DNA of 57,155 nt from Bacillota bacterium (GTDB taxonomy: Bacteria; Bacillota; UBA994; UBA5500), in NCBI GenBank assembly GCA_041686915.1, contig JAWLDB010000003.1, positions 1-57,155 on the forward strand. Reading direction: 5' to 3'. Positions within the stretch are counted from its first letter, which is position 1, and each line of letters starts with the position of its first letter. Positions 9,134 through 17,416 of the stretch are shown here, in pieces. Both the position numbers and the translations under genes were made by a program. Under the pieces are notes generated by a model. That model worked only from the letters and a program-made list of their open reading frames with translations, did no database searches and was not told the origin of the DNA.

Positions 9134-9676
9134 ATGGAGTTCTGGAAAGGACAACGGGTGAGGTTACGGGCAGTGGAGCCTAATGACTGGGAAATCTTCG
9201 CCAAGTGGAATAGAGATAGTGAGGTTGCGAGGATGAGCTATGCAATTCCCTTTCCTAAGTCAGGGGTACTTGAGAGAAAGCACCGGGAAGAGAATGCTCT
9301 AAGTGTACCAGCAGAGGATGTCTTCCGGTTTGTGATTGAGAACCTGGAGGGTGAGCCAGTGGGTACCGTAAACACTCACTCCTGCGACCAGCGCAATGGG
9401 ACATTTAAGTACGGCTTGGCTATTGGTCGCGACCATTGGCGCAAAGGATATGCACGGGAAGCGATAACCCTTGTACTTAAGTACTTCTTCCAGGAACTAC
9501 GCTATCAGAAGGCTACGGTACATGTATACGAGTTTAATCCAGGGTCAGTCAAGCTGCATGAGTCCTTAGGCTTTCAACTAGAGGGGCGGCTGCGGCGCAT
9601 GGTCTACACACAGGGCGAGTATCACGACGAGCTGGTCTATGGCCTGACCGTGGATGAGTTCTCCAAATCAACGTAG
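9134..9676 (+). CDS. GNAT family N-acetyltransferase (RimJ/RimL-like)
   Basis: HWRKGYAREAITLVLKYFF and NPGSVKLHESLGF blocks. ATG 9134 preceded by GAGGGGG. Confidence 0.8.
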   Translation: MEFWKGQRVRLRAVEPNDWEIFAKWNRDSEVARMSYAIPFPKSGVLERKHREENALSVPAEDVFRFVIENLEGEPVGTVNTHSCDQRNGTFKYGLAIGRDHWRKGYAREAITLVLKYFFQELRYQKATVHVYEFNPGSVKLHESLGFQLEGRLRRMVYTQGEYHDELVYGLTVDEFSKST

Positions 9677-9698
9677 TGGCAGGGTGCCATCCTGCTAA

Positions 9699-9728
9699 GC
9701 CATTCCACTCAACTGGAATGGCTTTTTT
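9699..9728 (+). terminator. Intrinsic terminator
   Basis: GCCATTCCA-ctcaac-TGGAATGGC followed by TTTTTT. Confidence 0.85.
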
Positions 9729-9746
9729 GTATTTTGGAAAACACGC

Positions 9747-9790
9747 TTGCATCAATCACAGCCTGGTGCTATAGTAACAGTATACTGTTA
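9747..9790 (+). promoter_or_regulatory. Sigma-A-type promoter plus a perfect 16-bp palindromic operator
   Basis: TTGCAT (9747-9752), 17-nt spacer, TATAGT (9770-9775). TAACAGTATACTGTTA (9775-9790) is a perfect palindrome overlapping the -10/+1 region. Confidence 0.65.
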
Positions 9791-9828
9791 CGGTGCCACA
9801 TGACTGTTAGCGAGGGAGGTAAGACGGT

Positions 9829-10248
9829 TTGGATGAGAGGACCTATACTGCCGATGAAATTGCAGAAACCCTGCGCAAAGAGGGTGACGAAAACATCTCA
9901 CTCAGAACTGTGCGCTATTACACCCAAGAACGGATAATCCCGCCGCTCAAGCAGGTGGGAAACAGACTCGCCTATACAGAGGAGCACCTGCTCGCTATGC
10001 GAGCCGCACGCCGTCTGGCAAAAAGCGGTCGTAAACTGGACGAGGTGCGGGACTTCCTGGAGAATGCAGAGCAGACCCTAGTCTACAGTGTTGCTGCAAA
10101 ACCAGACCTGCTCGCGGAGATCGCCACAGAACAAGAGGGGCAAAGCAGCATCAGGGTTGGAGTGCTGACGCTCTACTACCCCAACTCGTTTGACCGCGAA
10201 AAGCTGACCGAGTTGGTACGGACCATGGATGAAGTTCAGAAAGCTTAG
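9829..10248 (+). CDS. MerR-family transcriptional regulator
   Basis: YTADEIAETL...ISLRTVRYYTQERIIPP...LAYTEEHLLAMRAARRL is an N-terminal MerR-type wHTH. TTG start 9 nt after GAGGGAGG. Confidence 0.75.
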   Translation: MDERTYTADEIAETLRKEGDENISLRTVRYYTQERIIPPLKQVGNRLAYTEEHLLAMRAARRLAKSGRKLDEVRDFLENAEQTLVYSVAAKPDLLAEIATEQEGQSSIRVGVLTLYYPNSFDREKLTELVRTMDEVQKA

Positions 10249-10263
10249 TAAGGAGGCCGTAAA

Positions 10264-11550
10264 GTGGAATTACAGGTGCGTTTCGCCCGCCAAGTGATTG
10301 GTAAAGTCGATGGCAAGAATCACATGGTTGTCAAGCTCATTCCACCAAATACCGGTCGCAGGCAACCCGTGGCCTGCGTGGCCGTAATTGACCGAAGCGG
10401 CAGCATGGATGAGTACGCCGGCTCTGTACCGCTCTTCCTTGGGCGTCGTAGGGGAGATGCAGCAACCAAACTGGCCTATGCCAAGATTGCTTTGAACAGG
10501 TTAATCGAACACATGGGTGATGGTGACTACTTCGGCCTTGTCTCTTTCTCAGACGTGGCACGAGTGGAAGTGCCACTGACCATTATCGGCAGCCAAAGCA
10601 GGCAACAGATCTCCCGTGATATCGACCGCATCTACGCAGGGGGTAGCACCAACATTGAGGATGGCATGAAGACAGCTATGCTGGAGCTGCTGACTCAGCG
10701 CTTGGCCAACCATAACCGTAAGTTGGTACTGCTCAGTGACGGTGAGGCAAACGTGGGGGAAACCGGTGAGGATGCACTGGCTAGCCTGGTACACCGTTGG
10801 CACAAACAGGGTGTCACCTTCACTACCTTGGGGGTGGGGGCAGCTTTTAATAGCCAGCTAATGGATAGCATAGCCCGCTCTGGTGGCGGCGACTTCCATT
10901 ACGTACATAACCTGCAGTTGTTGCCAGAAATCATGCGCAATGAGTTTGAGGCGTCGGCTTTTGCCTTCGCCCGTAACACAGAGCTGACCGTCGCTGTGGC
11001 TTCTATGGTCGCTCTAGGGAAGAATCTGAACGACTATCCAGAGCGGCATGTCCCAGGAGGCGTCCAGATCAGCCTGGGCGACTTAACCCGCGCCAAGTCT
11101 GTAGTCTTTGAGGTTAGCACCCCGCTGGCAGTGCATGAGGTAGCATTTAAGGTGCAGGCCGAGTTTCTTGCTGCTGACGACGTACCCGATAGACTCTCGA
11201 CCGACGCGTCCTTACAGGTTGTCGATCCAGACAAGGTATCTTCCTACCCGGCTGACCCCGAAGTGACCGAGTTAGTGTTCAGCCTGATTGCGGCTCAAGG
11301 GGTTGCCCAGGCTTCTCAAGCCTACGATCAGGGCAATCTGCATGACAGCAGCTTGGCAATGAGCAGTGCCAGGCAGGCCTTCTGCATGATGGCTGACGTA
11401 TACAACGAAGCAGAGAGCGCGGTATATCTCGAGGAAATTGACGCCCTGGCCAACAAGATGGAGCGGGGTAACTTGAGCGCCGAGGAAAGCAAGGCGGCCT
11501 ATGCCCGTAGCGCGCGGGTACGCAGCAGCCGACCGCGAGATAACGCATAA
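10264..11550 (+). CDS. von Willebrand factor A domain protein (cytoplasmic, no signal peptide)
   Basis: MIDAS-like DRSGSM, GGSTN and LLSDGEAN blocks. GTG start after AAGGAGG. 16 nt downstream of the MerR gene. Confidence 0.8.
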   Translation: MELQVRFARQVIGKVDGKNHMVVKLIPPNTGRRQPVACVAVIDRSGSMDEYAGSVPLFLGRRRGDAATKLAYAKIALNRLIEHMGDGDYFGLVSFSDVARVEVPLTIIGSQSRQQISRDIDRIYAGGSTNIEDGMKTAMLELLTQRLANHNRKLVLLSDGEANVGETGEDALASLVHRWHKQGVTFTTLGVGAAFNSQLMDSIARSGGGDFHYVHNLQLLPEIMRNEFEASAFAFARNTELTVAVASMVALGKNLNDYPERHVPGGVQISLGDLTRAKSVVFEVSTPLAVHEVAFKVQAEFLAADDVPDRLSTDASLQVVDPDKVSSYPADPEVTELVFSLIAAQGVAQASQAYDQGNLHDSSLAMSSARQAFCMMADVYNEAESAVYLEEIDALANKMERGNLSAEESKAAYARSARVRSSRPRDNA

Positions 11551-11577
11551 CCAAGGTATTCACTTCATTCTAACAGG

Positions 11578-11607
11578 ACACCCTCTCCTAAGAAGAGAGG
11601 GTGTTTT
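11578..11607 (+). terminator. Intrinsic terminator overlapping the next gene's ribosome-binding region
   Basis: ACACCCTCTC-ctaagaa-GAGAGGGTGT followed by TTTT. The next ATG is at 11610. Confidence 0.7.
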
Positions 11608-11609
11608 AT

Positions 11610-12224
11610 ATGGCAACGTTTTCACATCGGCACTCGCAACTGTTCTTTAAACTGGTTGCACCAATCTATGACCTGGCTGTTGGTGCAGGGATCAGCTCCC
11701 GGGCCCGTCAAGCTTTGCAGCTGCTTGGGGATATCAGAGGCAAGACGGCTTTGGATGTCTGCACCGGCACCGGGCTGATGGCTATGGAGTTGGCCAGCGC
11801 AGGGGCATGCGTCACAGGGGTAGATGCATCTTTGGCAATGCTGCAGCAGGCTGAAAGCAAGCTGGATGCGCTTAATGTTAGGCTGCTACAGGCAAGCGCA
11901 GCCGACCTACCTTTCCCTGACTCATCTTTTGATGTTGTCACTGTATCCATGGGCTTGCATGAGCTTCCGGCCACCTTGCTCGCCCAGGCAGTTAGCGAGC
12001 TGCGGCGTGTAGCACGCGAACACGTGTTGGTAATAGATTGGATTAGCCGGCCTAGGGGGCGGTTGGCACGCTGGGGAGTGGCGTTGGTGGAAAGAGTCGA
12101 AGGGAGTAACTATCAGGAGTTTGTGGATACTGACCTGCCAATGCTACTGCAAAAGTCAGGGCTAACACCCGTTCACTCGCAGAGTATGGACACTATTGGG
12201 GCAGTGCTTTGCAGAAAGCACTAG
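11610..12224 (+). CDS. Class I SAM-dependent methyltransferase
   Basis: Motif I ALDVCTGTG, then VTGVDAS and FDVVTVSMGLHE (UbiE/Methyltransf_11-like). Confidence 0.8.
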   Translation: MATFSHRHSQLFFKLVAPIYDLAVGAGISSRARQALQLLGDIRGKTALDVCTGTGLMAMELASAGACVTGVDASLAMLQQAESKLDALNVRLLQASAADLPFPDSSFDVVTVSMGLHELPATLLAQAVSELRRVAREHVLVIDWISRPRGRLARWGVALVERVEGSNYQEFVDTDLPMLLQKSGLTPVHSQSMDTIGAVLCRKH

Positions 12225-12231
12225 TGCACAC

Positions 12232-12321
12232 TTCCTCCGAGCTATCATTGACCTGCGCTATAACGGCGGTGGGAGCTTCAGCGAGTACGGCACGCGCGTT
12301 CTGAGCTACCTGATTGACCAG
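12232..12321 (+). pseudogene. Remnant of an S41-family (C-terminal processing/tricorn-like) peptidase gene
   Basis: The short ORF encodes FLRAIIDLRYNGGGSFSEYGTRVLSYLIDQ. This resembles the xIIDLRxNGGG block of S41 peptidases but has no N- or C-terminal remainder. Confidence 0.4.
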
Positions 12322-12373
12322 ACCCGGTTACCACCGCCATTAAGCTGCTCACGCAACGATAAATATAAGCAAA

Positions 12374-12401
12374 GGGTGGAAGGTACTCAATCCTTCCACC
12401 C
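12374..12401. terminator. Terminator hairpin between convergent genes
   Basis: GGGTGGAAGG-tactcaat-CCTTCCACCC flanked by AAA and TTT. Confidence 0.7.
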
Positions 12402-12411
12402 TTTAGTGTCT

Positions 12412-12930
12412 TCAGACTTTGCGCTGCCGTAGGTGCCGCAGGAACCGCCTAACTTCCGCTGCAGAACGCAGTGTAATCAGTTCTTGGCCTGGAGCTAACT
12501 GATGCAGCTTCGTTAATACATTAGGCCTGCTACGTTTTGGATAGTTCCAAATCCAACGCGCAAACTCCAGATCCATCTTTTCCGGGCAACCTGGGGCCAT
12601 GTCGGGCCGTGTCTGGTTGCGATACATGAAGCGGCGCTTCACGGCACGCCAAAGGCAAACAGCTCTTGGAAGATCCAGAAAAATTACTGTATCCGCAGCC
12701 TTCAAGCGAAGCTCCAAGGTGCCACTGTAATTCCCATCTATTATCCAGGATGGCCTTTTGGTCAACTGCTCGAGCAGGGCACAGAACTCTTCCCGATCGG
12801 TCTGCACCCACCCTGCGTTCCAAAAGAGGCTGTCCAAATGGATTACCTCTAAACCCAATATCTCTCCGATCTGTCTAGCGAGTGTTGACTTCCCGGATCC
12901 TGCCGAGCCGATAATAGCTATGCGCTGCAC
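12412..12930 (-). CDS. P-loop NTPase, adenylate-kinase-like (topology modulation/FlaR-like family)
   Basis: Walker A IIGSAGSGKSTLARQ. 172 aa. GTG start 7 nt after AGGAGGTG. Confidence 0.75.
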   Translation of the reverse strand: MQRIAIIGSAGSGKSTLARQIGEILGLEVIHLDSLFWNAGWVQTDREEFCALLEQLTKRPSWIIDGNYSGTLELRLKAADTVIFLDLPRAVCLWRAVKRRFMYRNQTRPDMAPGCPEKMDLEFARWIWNYPKRSRPNVLTKLHQLAPGQELITLRSAAEVRRFLRHLRQRKV

Positions 12931-13204
12931 CAGTGCTCACCTCCTGGCAACTATCGTGGAAGAGCATCATAACATGCCATGCAGTCATTGACAATACATT
13001 CCATAGACTTATTGTAAAGGCACTGAAAGATCGCCGCTAGCCGCTTTGGAATACGTCCTACAATGACGTAATATGCATGATGTGAGGGTTGTCCATCAAG
13101 CTTTATGTTCTTGTTACTTTTCCCGGGAAGGAAGGGCGATGCTGTAGACCGAATTTATGAAGGTAGCAAAAGTAGTGGCTGTTCTCACTAGAAGGAGGGT
13201 CCAT

Positions 13205-15292
13205 ATGGATAAACGTGTACTGAATCCAGATGATCTCTATCAGATCAAAACGGTAGGAGCAGCTGAGCTGTCGCCGGACGGCAAGCTGGTTGCCTACGTA
13301 GTGCAGCGCATCGACAAAGACAAGGACCGTGGGTTCACGGACATCTATCTGGCGGAAGTGGAGACCGGCAAAGTGCGCCGGCTGACCAGCTCGGGTAAGG
13401 ACTCTTCTCCAAGTTTCTCGCCTGACGGTAAGTGTTTGGCTTTCGTCTCCAGCCGCAGCGAAAAGGGTCAGATCTATATCCTTGATCTGAGTGGTGGAGA
13501 GGCATGGTGCATTCCCACCGAGGAAGCCGTCAGCGGTGCGCTTGTTTGGTTCCCCGACGGCAAGCAGATTGCCTACATATCTGACGTCTTCAGCAAACCG
13601 GAAGATTGGGTTCCCTATCCGGGAGCACCTGAGTGGGATAGGCAGAGGATGCAGGATAACGCCAAGCGTAAACCTGGTAAGAAAGACAATGAAGATAAAC
13701 AGCGCAATGAAGTAAAGGTCATAACCCGGTTGCGTTTCCGTATTGATGGGGCTGGCTACTTCGGGGAAACAAGGCGGCAGGTGTTTGTCACAGCTGTCCC
13801 GGATGCTGCACCGCTAGGTGATTTGAAGGCGCAGAGCAGACAGGTCACTTCGGGCGACTATGACCATGGCAGCCCGACTATTTCTCCCTGTGGGCGTTAT
13901 CTCGTCAGCAGTGTACGCCGCAGTGAGACGGCAGACTATGATTTGAAGAGCGACCTCTGGCTATATGAAGTTGAGAGCGGCAAAGAGCATCTGTTGTATG
14001 ACGCGCCCGGTCCCGCCAGCAACCCGCTGTGGATGCCCGGTGGTAACTACATAGCCTTTGCGGGGCATGATTCATCTTTCAACGTATCTACTACCACAGA
14101 TTTACTGCTACTGGATATCAGCTGCTTTATACATGCATTGCTGGCTGGCAATGAGCCTGCGCCGCTTTCTGCTGAGCATGCAATCAACGTTACCCGCCCC
14201 TTCGACCTGCCGTACGGGGCCCATACCGGGTCAGAACTGCGTTACGGCTCAGGCCATTCGGCCTTTTGGGTCGGCGCGGAACTTCATTTTATGATGTCTC
14301 ATCGCGGAGCAGGCGGGGTATACAAGACAGATACTTGCGGCAAGGTCACCCCTATACTGGTAGATGAGCACCGGGCTATTACCAGCGCCCATGGCAACGG
14401 GCAAGTCCTGGTCTTTACTGCCTCCCAGGTGGATACTTTGGAGAACCTCTACGTGCTGGATGCTCAGGGCGAGCGGCCATTGTTCCATCTGAACGATGAG
14501 TTCATCTCAGGAACTAGCCTAGGTAAATGGGAGCGCATGACCTACCCGAGCACCGATGACCAGCAGATCGACGGGTGGATTATCTACCCTGTCGACTACG
14601 AGGCAGGCAAGCAGTACCCGTTGCTGCTGCTCATCCATGGTGGCCCGCATGGGGCCTATGGTCCTGGTTTCACGTTCCTCGGGCAGATCTTTGCCGGTCA
14701 GGGCTATGTAGTGCTGTACACCAACCCGCGTGGCAGCACGAGCTACAGCCAGGCGTTTACCACCGCCATCGATAAGAACTGGGGCGTTGTTGACTACCAA
14801 GACATCATGGCTGGGGTTGACCAGATGCTGGAGCGTGGGCTGGTTGATCAAGACCGCATGTTTGTGCATGGCTGGTCTTTCGGCGGTTATATGACCTGCT
14901 GGCTGGTTACCCAGACTAACCGGTTCCGCGCTGCCTGTGGCGGAGCCAACGTCACTAATCTGCTCAGCGACTACGGTACGGCAGATATCATGTGGGCCGA
15001 TGAGTATGAATACGGTGGGCAGCCGTGGAAGGACGCAGAGCATTTGCTTGCGCATTCGCCCATCAGTCACGTAGAGAACGTGGAGACGCCTATTCTGCTA
15101 ATGCATGGAGAAAGCGATCTGAGGGTACCCCCGGGACAAACAGAGGAATTCTATACGGCTCTTAGGCGCCTCGGCAAACATGCCGTAATGGTTCGTTATC
15201 CCGGCGAATTCCATGGCCCACGCAGGCCGGTTCACCGCATTGACCGGTACGAGCGCCTGTTATCCTGGTTCGACTATTACCGCAAACAATAG
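13205..15292 (+). CDS. S9 family serine peptidase (prolyl oligopeptidase/acylaminoacyl peptidase type) with N-terminal beta-propeller
   Basis: Repeated SPDGK propeller motifs. Catalytic GWSFGGYM (Ser), HGESDLRV (Asp) and GEFHG (His). ATG 13205 follows GAAGGAGGG. Confidence 0.85.
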   Translation: MDKRVLNPDDLYQIKTVGAAELSPDGKLVAYVVQRIDKDKDRGFTDIYLAEVETGKVRRLTSSGKDSSPSFSPDGKCLAFVSSRSEKGQIYILDLSGGEAWCIPTEEAVSGALVWFPDGKQIAYISDVFSKPEDWVPYPGAPEWDRQRMQDNAKRKPGKKDNEDKQRNEVKVITRLRFRIDGAGYFGETRRQVFVTAVPDAAPLGDLKAQSRQVTSGDYDHGSPTISPCGRYLVSSVRRSETADYDLKSDLWLYEVESGKEHLLYDAPGPASNPLWMPGGNYIAFAGHDSSFNVSTTTDLLLLDISCFIHALLAGNEPAPLSAEHAINVTRPFDLPYGAHTGSELRYGSGHSAFWVGAELHFMMSHRGAGGVYKTDTCGKVTPILVDEHRAITSAHGNGQVLVFTASQVDTLENLYVLDAQGERPLFHLNDEFISGTSLGKWERMTYPSTDDQQIDGWIIYPVDYEAGKQYPLLLLIHGGPHGAYGPGFTFLGQIFAGQGYVVLYTNPRGSTSYSQAFTTAIDKNWGVVDYQDIMAGVDQMLERGLVDQDRMFVHGWSFGGYMTCWLVTQTNRFRAACGGANVTNLLSDYGTADIMWADEYEYGGQPWKDAEHLLAHSPISHVENVETPILLMHGESDLRVPPGQTEEFYTALRRLGKHAVMVRYPGEFHGPRRPVHRIDRYERLLSWFDYYRKQ

Positions 15293-15302
15293 TCTGGAAA
15301 CT

Positions 15303-15334
15303 AAAGAGCCCTGCGCGTATACGCAGGGCTCTTT
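15303..15334. terminator. Bidirectional terminator hairpin
   Basis: AGAGCCCTGCG-cgtata-CGCAGGGCTCT flanked by AAA and TTT. Confidence 0.8.
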
Positions 15335-15347
15335 ACTCTACTATTAG

Positions 15348-16742
15348 TTAGTTGTCGTCTCCGGGTGTGGCGGGTATATCAGGCTCGATGCCCATGACAC
15401 CAATCTCCTCAGACCAAACTCTTACGGTCCCATCTATTTTGGCCACAAACTCAGTGTAGGTTAGGCCCCACCAACCAGGCGCGTATGCTACTACTTCACC
15501 CTTCTTCACCCGATCCCCCAGGTGCTTAAAGACAAAGCCTTGAATGTGCCCATCGATGATATCCACCCTGAGGAATTGCCAACCCCTGGCGATCCTGTCT
15601 TCGTAGACCGGGTGGCGCTTGTTCAACCCGGTGACTTGCTTGGATAGCAGCGGAATTGGCTGATCGAACAACAACTGGTTTACGGTTGCGCGCCGCGCCA
15701 GCGCAGCGGGCGCGGCTACAGCGGCAACGTACGCCAAGGTAGTGTAGATCAGCATGCGCGGCAGGTTTTGGATGGTCACCGGCAGGTTCACACCCCGCAT
15801 CATCAGCAATCTGCTGCTGGCGAAGGTGAGGCCAAGTCCGAATGCGACACCGCCTAAAGCGGTTATCATACCGGCTGCAGTGAACAGTCCCCATAGTTCG
15901 CGCGGCGTCAGACCAACACTTTTCAATACTGACAACTCGCGCTTGCTGTCCATGAACGAAAGCAGCAGTGCAGTTAGGACTCCTAAACCCAGGAAAGCAA
16001 ACACTAAGAGTAACACTCTACTCATGCTGCTGTAGGCATCATCAACGGAGTTCTGCGCATGAAGCAGGGGCCATTCCCGGTCAATCACCAAGCCTTCTGG
16101 ATAATAGCGCTTGAGGACGGCTCTGGCATCGGAAGGCCGCAATTCTTGCGGCAAGTTGTGCAAGAAGCGGTCATAGCCGGTCTGACCTAGTTCGCTGTTG
16201 ACCCAGCCAGCATCCATTACTGCTACGGCCGCATAGGGGCTGACAGAATAGCTGTCTGTGACAACAGCTTGCAGGCTATGATTGTATTCACCGAAAAACA
16301 CTGTCAGCTGTTGGCCAATCTGCAAGCCAAGTTGTTGCATCATGGCTTCTGGGACTATCAACTGGCCAGGCTCCGGCCGCGGACCACTGTATCCAGTCTG
16401 CGGAGCAATAGCCATTATTTCCATTTCTCCTAAAGGAGTAGAGGCATTTAATCTGCGGGCGGCTGCCACCAGTTCAGGAAAAGGACGTGAACGCCAAGCA
16501 CCACTCGGCTTCTCCAGGTCAGCTATCTGGCGCAGCTCTGGCAGGTCCAGGTAGATGTCACTCACCATTTCCAGCTTGTCTACCTGCTGGCTGAAGGCAT
16601 TACCAACTTGCTGCAAATAACTCTGATAGAGCAGAAAAGCTGTGCAGGTGAAAGCTGTCAATACCATTGCAGAAAGATGAATGCGCCAACCGTGCTTTAG
16701 GCGCTTTAGGGTCAACTGCCAGACATTCTGTAGTGACCTCAT
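15348..16742 (-). CDS. ABC transporter permease (FtsX/MacB-type) with an additional ~110-aa C-terminal domain
   Basis: TM1, a large extracytoplasmic loop, then three TMs (FtsX topology), followed by a soluble tail containing GDRVKKGEVVAY. ATGA overlap with the upstream ATPase gene. Confidence 0.75.
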   Translation of the reverse strand: MRSLQNVWQLTLKRLKHGWRIHLSAMVLTAFTCTAFLLYQSYLQQVGNAFSQQVDKLEMVSDIYLDLPELRQIADLEKPSGAWRSRPFPELVAAARRLNASTPLGEMEIMAIAPQTGYSGPRPEPGQLIVPEAMMQQLGLQIGQQLTVFFGEYNHSLQAVVTDSYSVSPYAAVAVMDAGWVNSELGQTGYDRFLHNLPQELRPSDARAVLKRYYPEGLVIDREWPLLHAQNSVDDAYSSMSRVLLLVFAFLGLGVLTALLLSFMDSKRELSVLKSVGLTPRELWGLFTAAGMITALGGVAFGLGLTFASSRLLMMRGVNLPVTIQNLPRMLIYTTLAYVAAVAAPAALARRATVNQLLFDQPIPLLSKQVTGLNKRHPVYEDRIARGWQFLRVDIIDGHIQGFVFKHLGDRVKKGEVVAYAPGWWGLTYTEFVAKIDGTVRVWSEEIGVMGIEPDIPATPGDDN

Positions 16743-17416
16743 GACGAAACCACTTCACCGTCTTTCATCGTTACCACGCAATCAGCGCTCTCCGCGAGGC
16801 TCGTATCATGGGTTACCATGATGAAGGTCTGCCCATCGACCCGGTTGAACTCCTGGAACAACTTGACGATCTCATCGCGAGTGCGGGTGTCCAGGTTGCC
16901 GGTCGGTTCATCGGCTAGCACGACGGCTGGCTTATTGGCCAATGCTCGGGCGATAGCAACACGCTGCTGCTCACCGCCAGACAGCTGCAAGGGCAAGTGA
17001 CTGCGCCGCTTGGATAATCCAACGCGCTCTAGCAGCAGCTCGCCACGCTTTAAAGCGTCCTTCTTGTTCATGCCTACAAACTGCATGGGTAGCATGACGT
17101 TTTCCAAGGCAGAAAGGTGGGGTATCAGGTTGAAAAACTGGAACACGTAGCCCAGTTTGTGCCGGCGTAGCAGAGCGAGCCTGTCTTCATTTAGATCTCG
17201 GTAAGACTTGCCTTCCAGGATGATGTCGCCGCTCATCGGTCGGTCCAGACCGCCAAGCAAGCTCAGCAGCGTACTCTTACCACTGCCTGATGCGCCTACA
17301 ATAATATTCATCGTGCCGCGTTTGAACTCGAGATTTACATTATTCACCGCGTAGATGGTCTCACCAAGGGAGAAAGCCTTATTAAGGTTGACTGTGCGCA
17401 GGATTACATCGTTCAT
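16739..17416 (-). CDS. ABC transporter ATP-binding protein (MacB/LolD-like)
   Basis: Walker A GASGSGKST, signature LSGGEQQR, Walker B VVLADEPT. ATG 17416 lies 8 nt after GGAGGTG and overlaps (ATGA) the upstream stop. Confidence 0.9.
   Translation of the reverse strand: MNDVILRTVNLNKAFSLGETIYAVNNVNLEFKRGTMNIIVGASGSGKSTLLSLLGGLDRPMSGDIILEGKSYRDLNEDRLALLRRHKLGYVFQFFNLIPHLSALENVMLPMQFVGMNKKDALKRGELLLERVGLSKRRSHLPLQLSGGEQQRVAIARALANKPAVVLADEPTGNLDTRTRDEIVKLFQEFNRVDGQTFIMVTHDTSLAESADCVVTMKDGEVVSS

Noticed and set aside
14519-15070. 183-aa minus-strand ORF
   Set aside because: It is antisense to the catalytic domain of the S9 peptidase.
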